53,082 nucleotides of DNA, taken from positions 1 through 53,082 of the forward strand of contig JAVBOV010000039.1 in assembly GCA_031550205.1 (NCBI GenBank). Reading direction: 5' to 3'. The position numbers and the translations under genes are program-made. This document shows positions 19,959 to 29,489 of the stretch, in pieces. The DNA is from Alphaproteobacteria bacterium. GTDB lineage: Bacteria > Pseudomonadota > Alphaproteobacteria > RF32 > CAG-239. Within the stretch, counting starts at the first letter, position 1, and every line of letters begins with the position of its first letter. The notes below the pieces were generated by a model, which saw only the letters and a list, made by a program, of their open reading frames with translations, searched no databases and was not told where the DNA came from.

Positions 19959-20901
19959 TGTTTTCAGCCTTTCCTTTAACCTTGATGACAACCGAGCTGC
20001 CTTTGCGGCCCATGGAGCCGCTTAAGAGAGGAATGTCTCCGCAGATGAGGTTGATGTCTTCATCAGGGAACATGTCGAGCTCAAAAAACGAGCCTTTCTG
20101 CCAGTTGACCACATCATGCAGTTTGATCATTTTTTCTTTTAAGATGGCTTTGATTTCAACGTCGGTTTCCCAGAGCTCTTCAATGAGGTGGTTTTCCCAG
20201 ATGGTGTCGCGGCCGTAGCGTTCACCCATGAACATTTGCAGCAAAAGTTCGCGGATGGGCTCAAGGGTGGCATATGGAATCATGAGGTCTACTTTGCCGC
20301 CGCGGTCTTCCATGTCTATGCGCAGGCGGGCGACGATAACCGCGTTGGAAAGACGGGTGATGGTGGCAAAACGGGGGTTGGTTTCCAAACGGTCATATGA
20401 AAAGTGGACGGAGGTGATGGGGTCAAAGGCGGTGGAGAGGTCTGCCAGAAGCAGTTCTATCATATCTTTGACCAAGGTAAGTTCAATGGTGGTGTAGGGG
20501 CGGCCCTCAATGCGCATGGCGGCGGTGCCGCGGCGTCCGCCCAAGAGAACGTCAACAATGGAATATACCAAAGAGCTGTCGACGGACAAAATGCCGAAGT
20601 TGTCCCATTCATCGGCTTTGAAAACGGCCAAAAGAGTGGGCAGAGTGAGAGAATCGACATATTCTCCGAAGCGCATGGATTCAATGCTTTCCAAAGACAC
20701 TTCGACGTTGTCTTGGGTGAAGTTTCTGAAAGAGGTTGCCATCATTCTGATGAGGCGGTCAAAAACGATGTCGAGCATGGGAAGACGTTCATAAGAAACC
20801 ATGGCGGAGTTTAAGATGGCTCTGACCCCGGTTTTCACACCTTCATCCTGGGGTTCTGCAGCGGCATCTTGGGCGGCGGTTTTTTTCTCTTCTTCTGTCA
20901 C
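19951..20901 (-). CDS. fliM: flagellar motor switch protein FliM
   Basis: VSYERLPMLDIVFDRL, IVDVLLGG, EGRPYTTIE, ETNPRFA, C-terminal SpoA; GTG start. Confidence 0.96.
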   Translation of the reverse strand: MTEEEKKTAAQDAAAEPQDEGVKTGVRAILNSAMVSYERLPMLDIVFDRLIRMMATSFRNFTQDNVEVSLESIESMRFGEYVDSLTLPTLLAVFKADEWDNFGILSVDSSLVYSIVDVLLGGRRGTAAMRIEGRPYTTIELTLVKDMIELLLADLSTAFDPITSVHFSYDRLETNPRFATITRLSNAVIVARLRIDMEDRGGKVDLMIPYATLEPIRELLLQMFMGERYGRDTIWENHLIEELWETDVEIKAILKEKMIKLHDVVNWQKGSFFELDMFPDEDINLICGDIPLLSGSMGRKGSSVVIKVKGKAENNG

Positions 20902-20913
20902 GTTGTTAAATCC

Positions 20914-21510
20914 TTATTTTTTGGTTTCAATCTCAAAACCTTTGAAACTGATTGAGGTTACGGCAATGGGGTCAGTTACGAGGTTAATGCAATAGAGCAG
21001 TTCTTGTTTAAGCCAGTAAAAATCTTCAGAATCGTTTAATTCTTCAGCAACCAGGTCAATGGTGTGAGAAATTATGACGTCGTTTATTTGGGCGGTTAAG
21101 CCTTCAATAACGGGAATATCCTGAACTTTGCTCAGTTCCAGGCTTATTCTCATCTTGAGGGTTTTGGGCGTGCCGATGGCACTGGTTATGTGAACGCTGA
21201 TTTCCGGCAGGTCATAAAAAATGAGGGACGAGGTTTTGCCGGAATCTTTGCCGGGTTTTTCAACGATGCTGTAGTTTTTATCAACATTTGATTTGAGCTT
21301 GCTGTTGTAAATGGTGAAAAAGCTGACAGCCACGCCGATAACGATAAGGACTGGAACTAAGATTAACAGCAGTTTTTTGCGGTTGATTTTAGGTGCGGCA
21401 TTTTCATCGGCGCCGTCTTCAGCACCGAAGTCTTTGTCAAGATCCTTGCCTTTTTTGGCAGGCTTGGCAGAGATTTCATCGTCTTCTTCTTCAATGTTCT
21501 TTTTGGCCAT
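20914..21510 (-). CDS. fliL: flagellar basal body protein FliL
   Basis: Single TM after KKLLLIL, FYDLPEISV, LKQELL..IN; directly upstream of fliM. Confidence 0.88.
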   Translation of the reverse strand: MAKKNIEEEDDEISAKPAKKGKDLDKDFGAEDGADENAAPKINRKKLLLILVPVLIVIGVAVSFFTIYNSKLKSNVDKNYSIVEKPGKDSGKTSSLIFYDLPEISVHITSAIGTPKTLKMRISLELSKVQDIPVIEGLTAQINDVIISHTIDLVAEELNDSEDFYWLKQELLYCINLVTDPIAVTSISFKGFEIETKK

Positions 21511-21929
21511 TGTGTATCCCTAACTTTGACCCTCCCTACCCTCCCTTGAAAAGGAGGGAATTAAGGAAGTTTTCCCCATTTAACTTTGCATATTTTACAG
21601 AAATAATTTGTTTTATGGAAACACAAAAACAAAGTTATCAAGAATTCAGTAGTCGGTAGTCAGTAGTCGGTGGGTGAGCATTAACGTTTAATTATTTATT
21701 TTTGGGTATAAAGATTCAGATGAGATTGCCGCGGCAGCAAAGCCGCCTCGCAATGACAGTTGTTTTTGTGGGTTTTGTCCATTGTTACAATCGTGTGAAC
21801 TTTTGGGATTTCGGCGGTTTTGAGCTTTGGGCGGAAGGTTTTTTGTGATAGGCTTGAAGATAGGGTATAAGGATGGGTTTTCACCCCCATCCGGCCTCCC
21901 TCATCAGGGGGGAGGGAAAAGAGGAAGAA

Positions 21930-22607
21930 ATGTATATTTGGATTGTGTTGGTAACATTTATTGTGGCGTTGACCGGTTTTAATCTGGCTTTCAGGGCAGA
22001 TATTGCCGAAGTTACCACCGAGCCAATGGCGGAAGCGGTTATTTTCAAAATATGGTCTCAACAGACGGCTGCCAGCAGATTTATTTTTGACCATACTCCG
22101 CCGACCAACGGGCTGACAGAAATTGCTTATGTGGAAGGCGTGCTGGATTTTGACGATTTGGAGCAATATTTGCCTTACGGATATACGGAGACGGCGGCAA
22201 ACGAATATACCAGCTATATTTATTGCATGGACAAGGAAAGTGCGGATTTGAGTGTGGGCGTGCCTTGTAATGACCCGCAGGCGGTCAGATATTTGGCAAC
22301 CTACGGCTGCGTGCCCTTAAAGTGGAGAAATTTTAATACGGGAAGGCCGAAGGCGGCGCTTCTGAAGGCAATTTATAAGAAGGTTAAAAAAGACAGCGAT
22401 ATCGGGTTTGCAAATGAGCTGGCGGCAGATGAAGCGGCCAATGCAATCGGGTCTTCGTGGTCGATTTACGGGCTTGGCAGAAGAGGCTCGCCGATACCGG
22501 AATATATTGTCAGTGCCGGCGGAGAGGGAAGTTTTAAGGCAACGTGCGTGGATGATAGAGAGGCGTGTCCATATTGCATGATATACATTACGCCGTTTTA
22601 TAAGTGA
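21930..22607 (+). CDS. membrane-anchored Cys-containing protein, possibly pilus-associated
   Basis: N-terminal hydrophobic helix, QYLPYGY motif also seen (EYLPYGF) in the downstream pilin; start at 21930 after GAGGA. Confidence 0.7.
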   Translation: MYIWIVLVTFIVALTGFNLAFRADIAEVTTEPMAEAVIFKIWSQQTAASRFIFDHTPPTNGLTEIAYVEGVLDFDDLEQYLPYGYTETAANEYTSYIYCMDKESADLSVGVPCNDPQAVRYLATYGCVPLKWRNFNTGRPKAALLKAIYKKVKKDSDIGFANELAADEAANAIGSSWSIYGLGRRGSPIPEYIVSAGGEGSFKATCVDDREACPYCMIYITPFYK

Positions 22608-22688
22608 TAAGGATGAATGTTTGATTAAACCCATCCCGACCTTCCCTTAAAATTAAGGGAAGGAGAGGTGGAGAGAAGGAGAAGGGTT

Positions 22689-25600
22689 ATGTTTAGGAAG
22701 ATTTTAAATTTGATGAGATTGCCGCGTCGCGATGCTCCTCGCAATGACAATTTTTTGGCGGAGGCGGGCAGTTTGATGGTGGAAGCTCTGGCGATGCTGG
22801 CGCTTATATCTTTGGTAACGCCTATTCTCTATAAAAAAGCGGCCGAGCGCACAACCGAGCTGCAGGATATTAACTCGGCCGGCGAAATTCGCGGCATTGT
22901 TAAAGCCATGGACGATTATTTGAAAGACAACTATTCAGACATTGTTGACGGCAACAATGTGACCAGAGTGGCCATTGACCCGGATTGCGACACGGTCGAT
23001 TATTCGGCCATGCATAACCCCACCCCGGCCAATGCGTTTGAGGCTGAGGTCGGGGTTGATCTCTGCCACCTTTCAGAATATCTGCCTTATGGCTTCTTGG
23101 ATGGAACCGGAAACGTTAAGCCCTCCAAGCTTTTTTCAGACTATAAGATGGTGGTTAAGAAGGTGGATTCAGGCGTCGGCGCCAACAAAAAGGTTTTGAC
23201 GGCGTTTCTTATTGCCGAGCCGAAGGAAGGGGATAAGTTCCCGGTTCTCAGGGCTTCGCGCATTGCCTCAATGGTCGGTTCTAACGGCGGTTATGCCATG
23301 GAAGACAACAAGGCTTCCGGCGTGCAGGGCATTTGGGCAATTGATGATATTGATGCCGAACTGGATGTTGACGATGTTAAAAAAGGCGCGTTGATTGCCA
23401 CTTCGGTTCAGGGTGTTTCAGCGCCGGGCGGCGACGACACCAGCGACGAATATCTGCATAGAACAGACAGCTCTCATATTGAAGAAAACAATACTATGAG
23501 GACAACCCTGTTTATGGGTAAGAATCCGATTCATGCTATTCAGCAGTTGGTGGTGGAAGCCGACGGTACAAACTGGGCGACAACCGATAATGAAAATGAT
23601 GCGCTGCTGTTAAAACGCGGCGGCGCCAATATTAAAGGCAGAATTTTGGCGGCAGGGGAGAAGTTTGAGGTTAATGAGGATAAGCTGAGTTATAGAAATA
23701 TGGATTCTAGCAGTTTGGGTGTACACATGGAAGCCACAGATAACTCTTTTAAGGTGATAAAGGAGTCAGCAGGTCATGCGAGCATAATTAAAATGAATAA
23801 TTCCAGTGATGGCTGGGGAAATTCAATGCAAATTAGTGATAGCCGCTGGCTGGAATTAAACGGCCCGGCTGTGGGCGCAAACACAAGCTATATTACGATG
23901 AAAGATCAAGGAGGCGGGCCTCTTACGGCTATTTATGCTCCAAGGTATCTTCAAATTACAAGAGGAGATTATGAAGATGCAAGCAGCTCTGACGGCGGCA
24001 CCATAAAAATGAACACTGGCCAAGGTATTGAAGTTATAGATAAACAGAGGGTGTTTCTGCATGGTGGGTCTGTGGCGAATGATCAGGCAAATTTGACGCT
24101 TAATAATTCCGGTGCGGCTTATCTTGCTGCGGATAGGAATATTAAGCTGGAAAAAACTAATGCCAGTAATGACGGTTCTTCCATAGAGATGGATGAAAGC
24201 GGAAATATAACCGGGTTATCAAGTTCAAGTATCGACTTTATTGCTCCATTCGCAAGGATTGCTACACCAGATTCTGACCCTTCGTTCGTTGCTGTTCAGA
24301 GCGACGGCTCAACCAGCGTATTGGGAATGAGAGGCGTTGACGGGGTTAGAATAGATGCATCTTTGGCTGACGGTAGTTTTAAGAAAGCTCTGGAAATTGA
24401 AAATGATGATGCCGTTCTTGAGGTTAGAGGTTCAGGAGCTAATATCGATAAGGGTAATATAGATATTATCGCCGGGAATAAGCTGACTTTGAAGTCGAAG
24501 AATTTTGAGCTGGCGGTGAGTGATGATTTGAAATTGTCGGGCGATGATGGGCAAGCTAAGTTAGGGCTGGAAAAATCTAATCACAGGGCGATTATGAGAT
24601 ATGATGACGCCGTTAAAGGAACAACGGGATTTGTGAGTGCTGAACCGACAGGCGTATATGCGCAGGGCCATGAGGTAAGAATAGCCGGTGGGACTAATAA
24701 CTCTAGCGGTAGGTATACGTCTGCCATATATGCACAGCAGAATGCTCTTACTTTAGATGCCAGTGCTTCAGAGACTGACGCTCATCCGGCACGAGTGGTG
24801 ATTGAGAATCCTAATCCGAATGATAATTATGCCGGGCAGATTACCATTCGTAAGGGTACGATTGAGATTGGGACTGATTCCGCATCCGGGTCGAATAAAG
24901 ATGACCCGAGGTCTTATGTGAAGGCCGACAGGTTTTTGAGCAATACTGATTTGCAAACGGCAGCTATTCCGCAGGATATGGGAACCAAGAAATATGACGA
25001 TTATCAGGTGAACCCGGCTTATACTTCAGTTATGCACGATATTAAACTGACCTCGCGCGGCGGTGCTCGTTTGTCTGATATTTTGCCGGACTTTGTTAAC
25101 AAGGGTATTTATGTGGTTAACAATACTTATAAAGAAACCATTCATAGCGGCGGGCAAAACTGGGAGAGCGGATCTAGTTTTAAGCCGGTTAACGGCGCAG
25201 TGACGCAGGATATGTGCGGTGAAAACGATGCAGGTTGCGCGACTTCACCATGGCTGGGGTTTGTGCCGGGACCATTGTGCCCTCCGGGATATGCGTTTGT
25301 AATTACGATTACGCCGGCCGGTTTTGACATGGCGCAGGCAGGTAAGGCATATACGTATTCCGGTAATAGAGTTGATGTTAAAATACAAGACAAGCCGCAT
25401 AAAGTAAACATTGAAGATATTACTGATATTACAGCAGAATATCCGCTGTATGCACAGAAAAATACGTGGATGCGCTCGAGGGTGTTTGCAGGGAAAAATT
25501 CCAGCGGAGAGTTTGAGGGATGGCATACGATAATGGGATTTGTGTATCCATATCTGACCTTTAAGTCATATATTGACCATTATGACCCGGGGTTTGCAGC

Positions 25601-25859
25601 TAGAACCATAGGCGGAGACGTTACGGTTAATAATGCGATTGCCTGGAATATATTTCCGGTGAAACAGAGAACTTTGGAAGCTTATGCAACCGTGTATTGT
25701 TATTTTGACAGGCTTGACGGTGCGTACAATGAGTGGGATGTTGATAAATATAATCAGTTGAGCACCAGTGCGTTTAGAGAGCCTAAAGATTATGATAAGA
25801 CTACGAATTATAAGGGAAGGCTGAATGACCCGAGGATTGGCTATGATACTCCTTGGTAA
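22689..25859 (+). CDS. large PilV-like type IV minor pilin/adhesin
   Basis: Prepilin-type motif AG|SLMVEALAMLALISLV (E at +5), beta-rich stalk, Cys-rich C-terminus with VPGPLCPPGY. Confidence 0.8.
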   Translation: MFRKILNLMRLPRRDAPRNDNFLAEAGSLMVEALAMLALISLVTPILYKKAAERTTELQDINSAGEIRGIVKAMDDYLKDNYSDIVDGNNVTRVAIDPDCDTVDYSAMHNPTPANAFEAEVGVDLCHLSEYLPYGFLDGTGNVKPSKLFSDYKMVVKKVDSGVGANKKVLTAFLIAEPKEGDKFPVLRASRIASMVGSNGGYAMEDNKASGVQGIWAIDDIDAELDVDDVKKGALIATSVQGVSAPGGDDTSDEYLHRTDSSHIEENNTMRTTLFMGKNPIHAIQQLVVEADGTNWATTDNENDALLLKRGGANIKGRILAAGEKFEVNEDKLSYRNMDSSSLGVHMEATDNSFKVIKESAGHASIIKMNNSSDGWGNSMQISDSRWLELNGPAVGANTSYITMKDQGGGPLTAIYAPRYLQITRGDYEDASSSDGGTIKMNTGQGIEVIDKQRVFLHGGSVANDQANLTLNNSGAAYLAADRNIKLEKTNASNDGSSIEMDESGNITGLSSSSIDFIAPFARIATPDSDPSFVAVQSDGSTSVLGMRGVDGVRIDASLADGSFKKALEIENDDAVLEVRGSGANIDKGNIDIIAGNKLTLKSKNFELAVSDDLKLSGDDGQAKLGLEKSNHRAIMRYDDAVKGTTGFVSAEPTGVYAQGHEVRIAGGTNNSSGRYTSAIYAQQNALTLDASASETDAHPARVVIENPNPNDNYAGQITIRKGTIEIGTDSASGSNKDDPRSYVKADRFLSNTDLQTAAIPQDMGTKKYDDYQVNPAYTSVMHDIKLTSRGGARLSDILPDFVNKGIYVVNNTYKETIHSGGQNWESGSSFKPVNGAVTQDMCGENDAGCATSPWLGFVPGPLCPPGYAFVITITPAGFDMAQAGKAYTYSGNRVDVKIQDKPHKVNIEDITDITAEYPLYAQKNTWMRSRVFAGKNSSGEFEGWHTIMGFVYPYLTFKSYIDHYDPGFAARTIGGDVTVNNAIAWNIFPVKQRTLEAYATVYCYFDRLDGAYNEWDVDKYNQLSTSAFREPKDYDKTTNYKGRLNDPRIGYDTPW

Positions 25860-25873
25860 GGAGTGATTATGAG

Positions 25874-25905
25874 GAAAAAGGCTCTTCGGTTGAAGAGCCT
25901 TTTTT
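25874..25905 (+). terminator. intrinsic terminator
   Basis: AAAAAGGCTCTTC-GGTT-GAAGAGCCTTTTTT. Confidence 0.85.
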
Positions 25906-26080
25906 GGGTGGATAAGGATGGTTGGTTTGACACCCTCACCCCAACCTTTGGCATTTAAGCTTGCCGCGGTCGCTTCGCTTCCCTTGCGCGCTAAAATGTT
26001 ACAAAGCTCTTGCAGAAGGAAAAAACAAATCGTTGTTTTTTCATCTTAGCGAGCCCCCGTCAAGGGGGAGGGAGGGTTTC

Positions 26081-27133
26081 TTATGGTAAATAAACCACTT
26101 GGGAAAAGACGTTTTGCAGGAAAAACAGCGAGATGAAACAAATGAGCCCGGCAATGACCGGAGTGGTGACCCAGCCGACGGCGATTTTGCCGATAACCGA
26201 CCAGCGGATGCCGCGGCCGCCTCTTAATAACCCGATGCCCATGACGGCGCCAATCACCGCCTGAGTGCTGGAAACCGGAACCAGCGGCAGCGACGGAATG
26301 CCGTGCCCGATTAAAAAGCTTTTTAAGCCCTGGGAGGCAAACAAAAACAGCACAACCGACTGCGCCACAACCACAATCCAGGCTGTTATCGGGGTCATGG
26401 GCATGATGCCCTCGCCGACGGTGTCTATTACCTTTTTAGAATAGGTGATAATGCCGAGGCTGATGGCCAAGCCGCCGATAAAAAACAAAACCTGGGTGCT
26501 GTTTAGTTTGAAAAAATGCAGGTCTATGGCGGCAATCGGGCTTGAGCTTACAAACACGCCCATTACATTGGCAATGTTGTTGGCGCCAAGAGCATAGGCT
26601 CCGAACGCGCCGGCCAAAATTAAGCCCAGTCTGGTGTAGCTGTCCAGTCTTAATATGTGAATCGGGAAGTTTTTTAAGATAAGTTTGACAACAAAATATA
26701 AAACAACGGCAATGACTGCCGCCAAAACCGGGCATAAAACCCAGGTGCTGACGATTTTACTTAAAACCTTGATTTCCGTTACTTTATGAGAATACATGTT
26801 CCAGCCGACAATGCCGCCGACAATGGCCTGAGAAGTGGAAACCGGCAGGCCGATTTCGGCCATCCAATAAACCGTGACGGCAGCCGCCAAAGCCACCATG
26901 AAAGCGCCGGGAAGGTCGTTTATGCTGCCAAGTTCGCCCAGAGTTTTGGCACCGCCGGAACCGGCGTATACGGCGCCGAGGATTACAAAAATGCAGGAGA
27001 TGAAAGCGGCGGTTCTGAACTTGACCATTTTGGCGCCGATGGCGGTGCCGAAGATGTTGGAGGCATCATTAGCGCCCAAAGACCAGCCCAAGAACAAGCC
27101 GCTGGAGAGAAATATGAAAAAGGACGCATCCAT
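26081..27133 (-). CDS. PiT-family inorganic phosphate transporter
   Basis: GANDASN and GANNIAN signatures, PVSTSQAIVG, PVSSTQAVIG. Confidence 0.95.
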   Translation of the reverse strand: MDASFFIFLSSGLFLGWSLGANDASNIFGTAIGAKMVKFRTAAFISCIFVILGAVYAGSGGAKTLGELGSINDLPGAFMVALAAAVTVYWMAEIGLPVSTSQAIVGGIVGWNMYSHKVTEIKVLSKIVSTWVLCPVLAAVIAVVLYFVVKLILKNFPIHILRLDSYTRLGLILAGAFGAYALGANNIANVMGVFVSSSPIAAIDLHFFKLNSTQVLFFIGGLAISLGIITYSKKVIDTVGEGIMPMTPITAWIVVVAQSVVLFLFASQGLKSFLIGHGIPSLPLVPVSSTQAVIGAVMGIGLLRGGRGIRWSVIGKIAVGWVTTPVIAGLICFISLFFLQNVFSQVVYLP

Positions 27134-27795
27134 TAAATGTCTCTTTTAATGGTGAAAATGAGCAGACTGTCGATGAAATCTTCTGCCGTGTCGCCGATGC
27201 CGGCAATGGCGTCGATGATGGAGCAAAGCTGGATTTTGTTGGCCAGATGCATTGAGGAATCGAAAATGGCCTCTTTGATTTTGCCGCTGGAAATGTCGGT
27301 TTCATGCTCCAGAAAATATACTTTTTGGGCGTAGTCTCTGACCGCGCTTAAGGAATGGAAAAAAGAGCGCGAGGCAATGGCCATGTTTTCCACGCAGTCG
27401 GTGACCTGTTCGCAAAGCTCGGAAAGCCTCAGGTGATATTCTTCAGGAATTTCGGGCTTTTCAATGTATACGCGGTAAACAACCTCGTCAAACTTGTTAA
27501 TGATTTTATCAAGGCTTTCAACCAGCTGCAGGACATCGGCACGAAGATCTGGAATCAGGTTTTGGGTGTATAGTTTGTTTTCAATGTCGCGCCTTAGAGA
27601 ATCGGCATCGTGTTCAATCTTTTTAATGGTGGAGCTGGCCTTTTTATATCCGTCGCTTCTTTTTTCAGACAAGTAAGTGCGGATGGCTTTTTTGAAAGTC
27701 ATGGCGCTGTCTATGATTTTATCATGAAAAATATCGATGTTAATTTCCAGCGATTTGGTCTTGGAAAACAGAGAAATGCTCTTGATGCCTAACAT
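27133..27795 (-). CDS. DUF47/PhoU-like Pit accessory protein
   Basis: EHDADSLRR..E and EHETD motifs; coupled to Pit gene. Confidence 0.92.
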   Translation of the reverse strand: MLGIKSISLFSKTKSLEINIDIFHDKIIDSAMTFKKAIRTYLSEKRSDGYKKASSTIKKIEHDADSLRRDIENKLYTQNLIPDLRADVLQLVESLDKIINKFDEVVYRVYIEKPEIPEEYHLRLSELCEQVTDCVENMAIASRSFFHSLSAVRDYAQKVYFLEHETDISSGKIKEAIFDSSMHLANKIQLCSIIDAIAGIGDTAEDFIDSLLIFTIKRDI

Positions 27796-27914
27796 GGTTT
27801 GTCCTTATTTTTGATTCAACTCTATTAATATATTTTATTTTTGCTCTTGTAAATAGTCTCTATTTGTTTTACCTTAGTAACGTTTTTTGAAAATTAGATT
27901 TTAAGGAAATTAAA

Positions 27915-28640
27915 ATGAAAAAAATTAATGCTATGTATGTTGCAGTTTTGGCTTTGGTATTGGCCGTGGCTGCTATTGGAATGTGCGTAATATGCTGCAG
28001 TTCCCAAAAATCCGGAAATTTGGAGGCTAAGCTTTTGGAGAATCCGGAGATGATTGTTAAGGCGTTGGAAAAATATGAACAAAATATGCAGGCCAAAATG
28101 CAGGCCGACGCTCAAAAGCTGATTAATGATAATATTGAAGCAATCAACAACAACCCTGATTCTTCAGTTTTGGGCAACCCCGATGGTTCAATCGTTCTGG
28201 TTGAATTTTTTGACTTCTCTTGCGGATATTGCCACAGACTTTATCCGGCAATTAAGAGTCTGATTGCCAAGAATCCGGAGCTTAAGGTTGTTACCAAGGA
28301 ATTGGCTTTTGTTTCTCCGAACTCGCTGTATGCCGCAAAGGCCGCAATTGCCGCCAACAAGCAAGGCAAATATGCTCCGATGTATCATGCCATGCTCACT
28401 TATGAAGGACAGTTGAGCGAAGTTATTGTTGATGAAATTGCCCAAAAGGTTGGTTTGGATATGGCAAAATATAAGTCAGATGTTGCTTCTGCCGATGTTG
28501 ACGCCATTATGAAAGCAAACTCAGAACTGGCAAGAAATGTTCAAATCAACGGCGTTCCTGCTCTTATCTTAAACGGTCAGAGACTGAACACTATTGACGA
28601 GGGTGTTATTCAGGAAACTATTAACAGCTTGAAGAAATAA
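27915..28640 (+). CDS. DsbA/Com1-family thiol-disulfide oxidoreductase
   Basis: LLENPE, GNPDG, EFFDFSCGYC, GVP. Confidence 0.93.
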   Translation: MKKINAMYVAVLALVLAVAAIGMCVICCSSQKSGNLEAKLLENPEMIVKALEKYEQNMQAKMQADAQKLINDNIEAINNNPDSSVLGNPDGSIVLVEFFDFSCGYCHRLYPAIKSLIAKNPELKVVTKELAFVSPNSLYAAKAAIAANKQGKYAPMYHAMLTYEGQLSEVIVDEIAQKVGLDMAKYKSDVASADVDAIMKANSELARNVQINGVPALILNGQRLNTIDEGVIQETINSLKK

Positions 28641-28747
28641 TCGAGTTTCTGTTTCTTGGAAAAAAGCCCTTCGCTTTTGCGGAGGGCTTTTTTGATATAA
28701 AAAAAACACCTCTTTCAGAGGTGAGTTTTTTGTCGACGCTTAAGCAT

Positions 28748-29026
28748 TTACTTGTAAAGCTTATTTACAAGGTCAATAACTTGGATGGCTTTGTCGCTGT
28801 TAAGAGAATAAAAAATGGTCTGAGCCACTCTTCTGGTCTTGACGATGTCGGTGTTTCGCAGAATCGCAAGATGCTGTGAAAGTGCCGATTGACCCAAGCC
28901 GATTAATCTTTGCAGCTCAGTTACGTTTAATTCTTTGTCTCTTAATAGTGTTACAATTGCCAGACGGTTGTTATTACCCAAAGCTTTTAGAAGGTTTGAA
29001 CCGCGTGCTATTGCCAAATTCTTCAT
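28748..29026 (-). CDS. ArsR/SmtB-family transcriptional regulator
   Basis: LKALGNNNRL, QSALSQHLAILR..VKTRR.AQTIFYSL. Confidence 0.93.
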   Translation of the reverse strand: MKNLAIARGSNLLKALGNNNRLAIVTLLRDKELNVTELQRLIGLGQSALSQHLAILRNTDIVKTRRVAQTIFYSLNSDKAIQVIDLVNKLYK

Positions 29027-29249
29027 AGATAGTCCCCTTTTTTAAATTTGCGCTTTAGCTAATTTAGTATAACTGGTTCTTTTTGTGAAGTTATAATAAA
29101 CATAATTACTATATAGACTTAATTATTAAATAAAAAGGTTAAACTTGAGTAATGCCCAACATTTATTTTTGCTTATTTAGAGCATATAAAAAGATTTGCT
29201 TTGAGAGATTTTTTTGCTTATTATGACTTATATTCTGGGAGAAACATAA

Positions 29250-29489
29250 ATGAGCAAAAAAGAAGATTTGAGTTTTGAAGAAGCCATCGGCGCTTTGGAA
29301 AACATTGTGAGAGAGCTGGAAAACGGCAATATTAAGCTTGATGATGCAGTCAGCCAATATGAAAAAGCCGTGGTTTTGAAAAAGACCTGCGAAGACCGGT
29401 TGAAGGCGGCGCGCCTTAAAATTGAGAAGATTGAAGTGGGTAAGGACGGTGCAATTGCCGTTAAGCCTATGGAAGGCGAGGCGGAATGA
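29250..29489 (+). CDS. xseB: exodeoxyribonuclease VII small subunit
   Basis: LSFEEAIGALENIVRELENG..LDDAV..YE. Confidence 0.96.
   Translation: MSKKEDLSFEEAIGALENIVRELENGNIKLDDAVSQYEKAVVLKKTCEDRLKAARLKIEKIEVGKDGAIAVKPMEGEAE

Noticed and set aside
22689-26080. Shufflon downstream of the PilV-like gene
   Set aside because: No Rci recombinase, no alternative 3' cassettes and no repeated sfx-like sites seen; a terminator follows the stop
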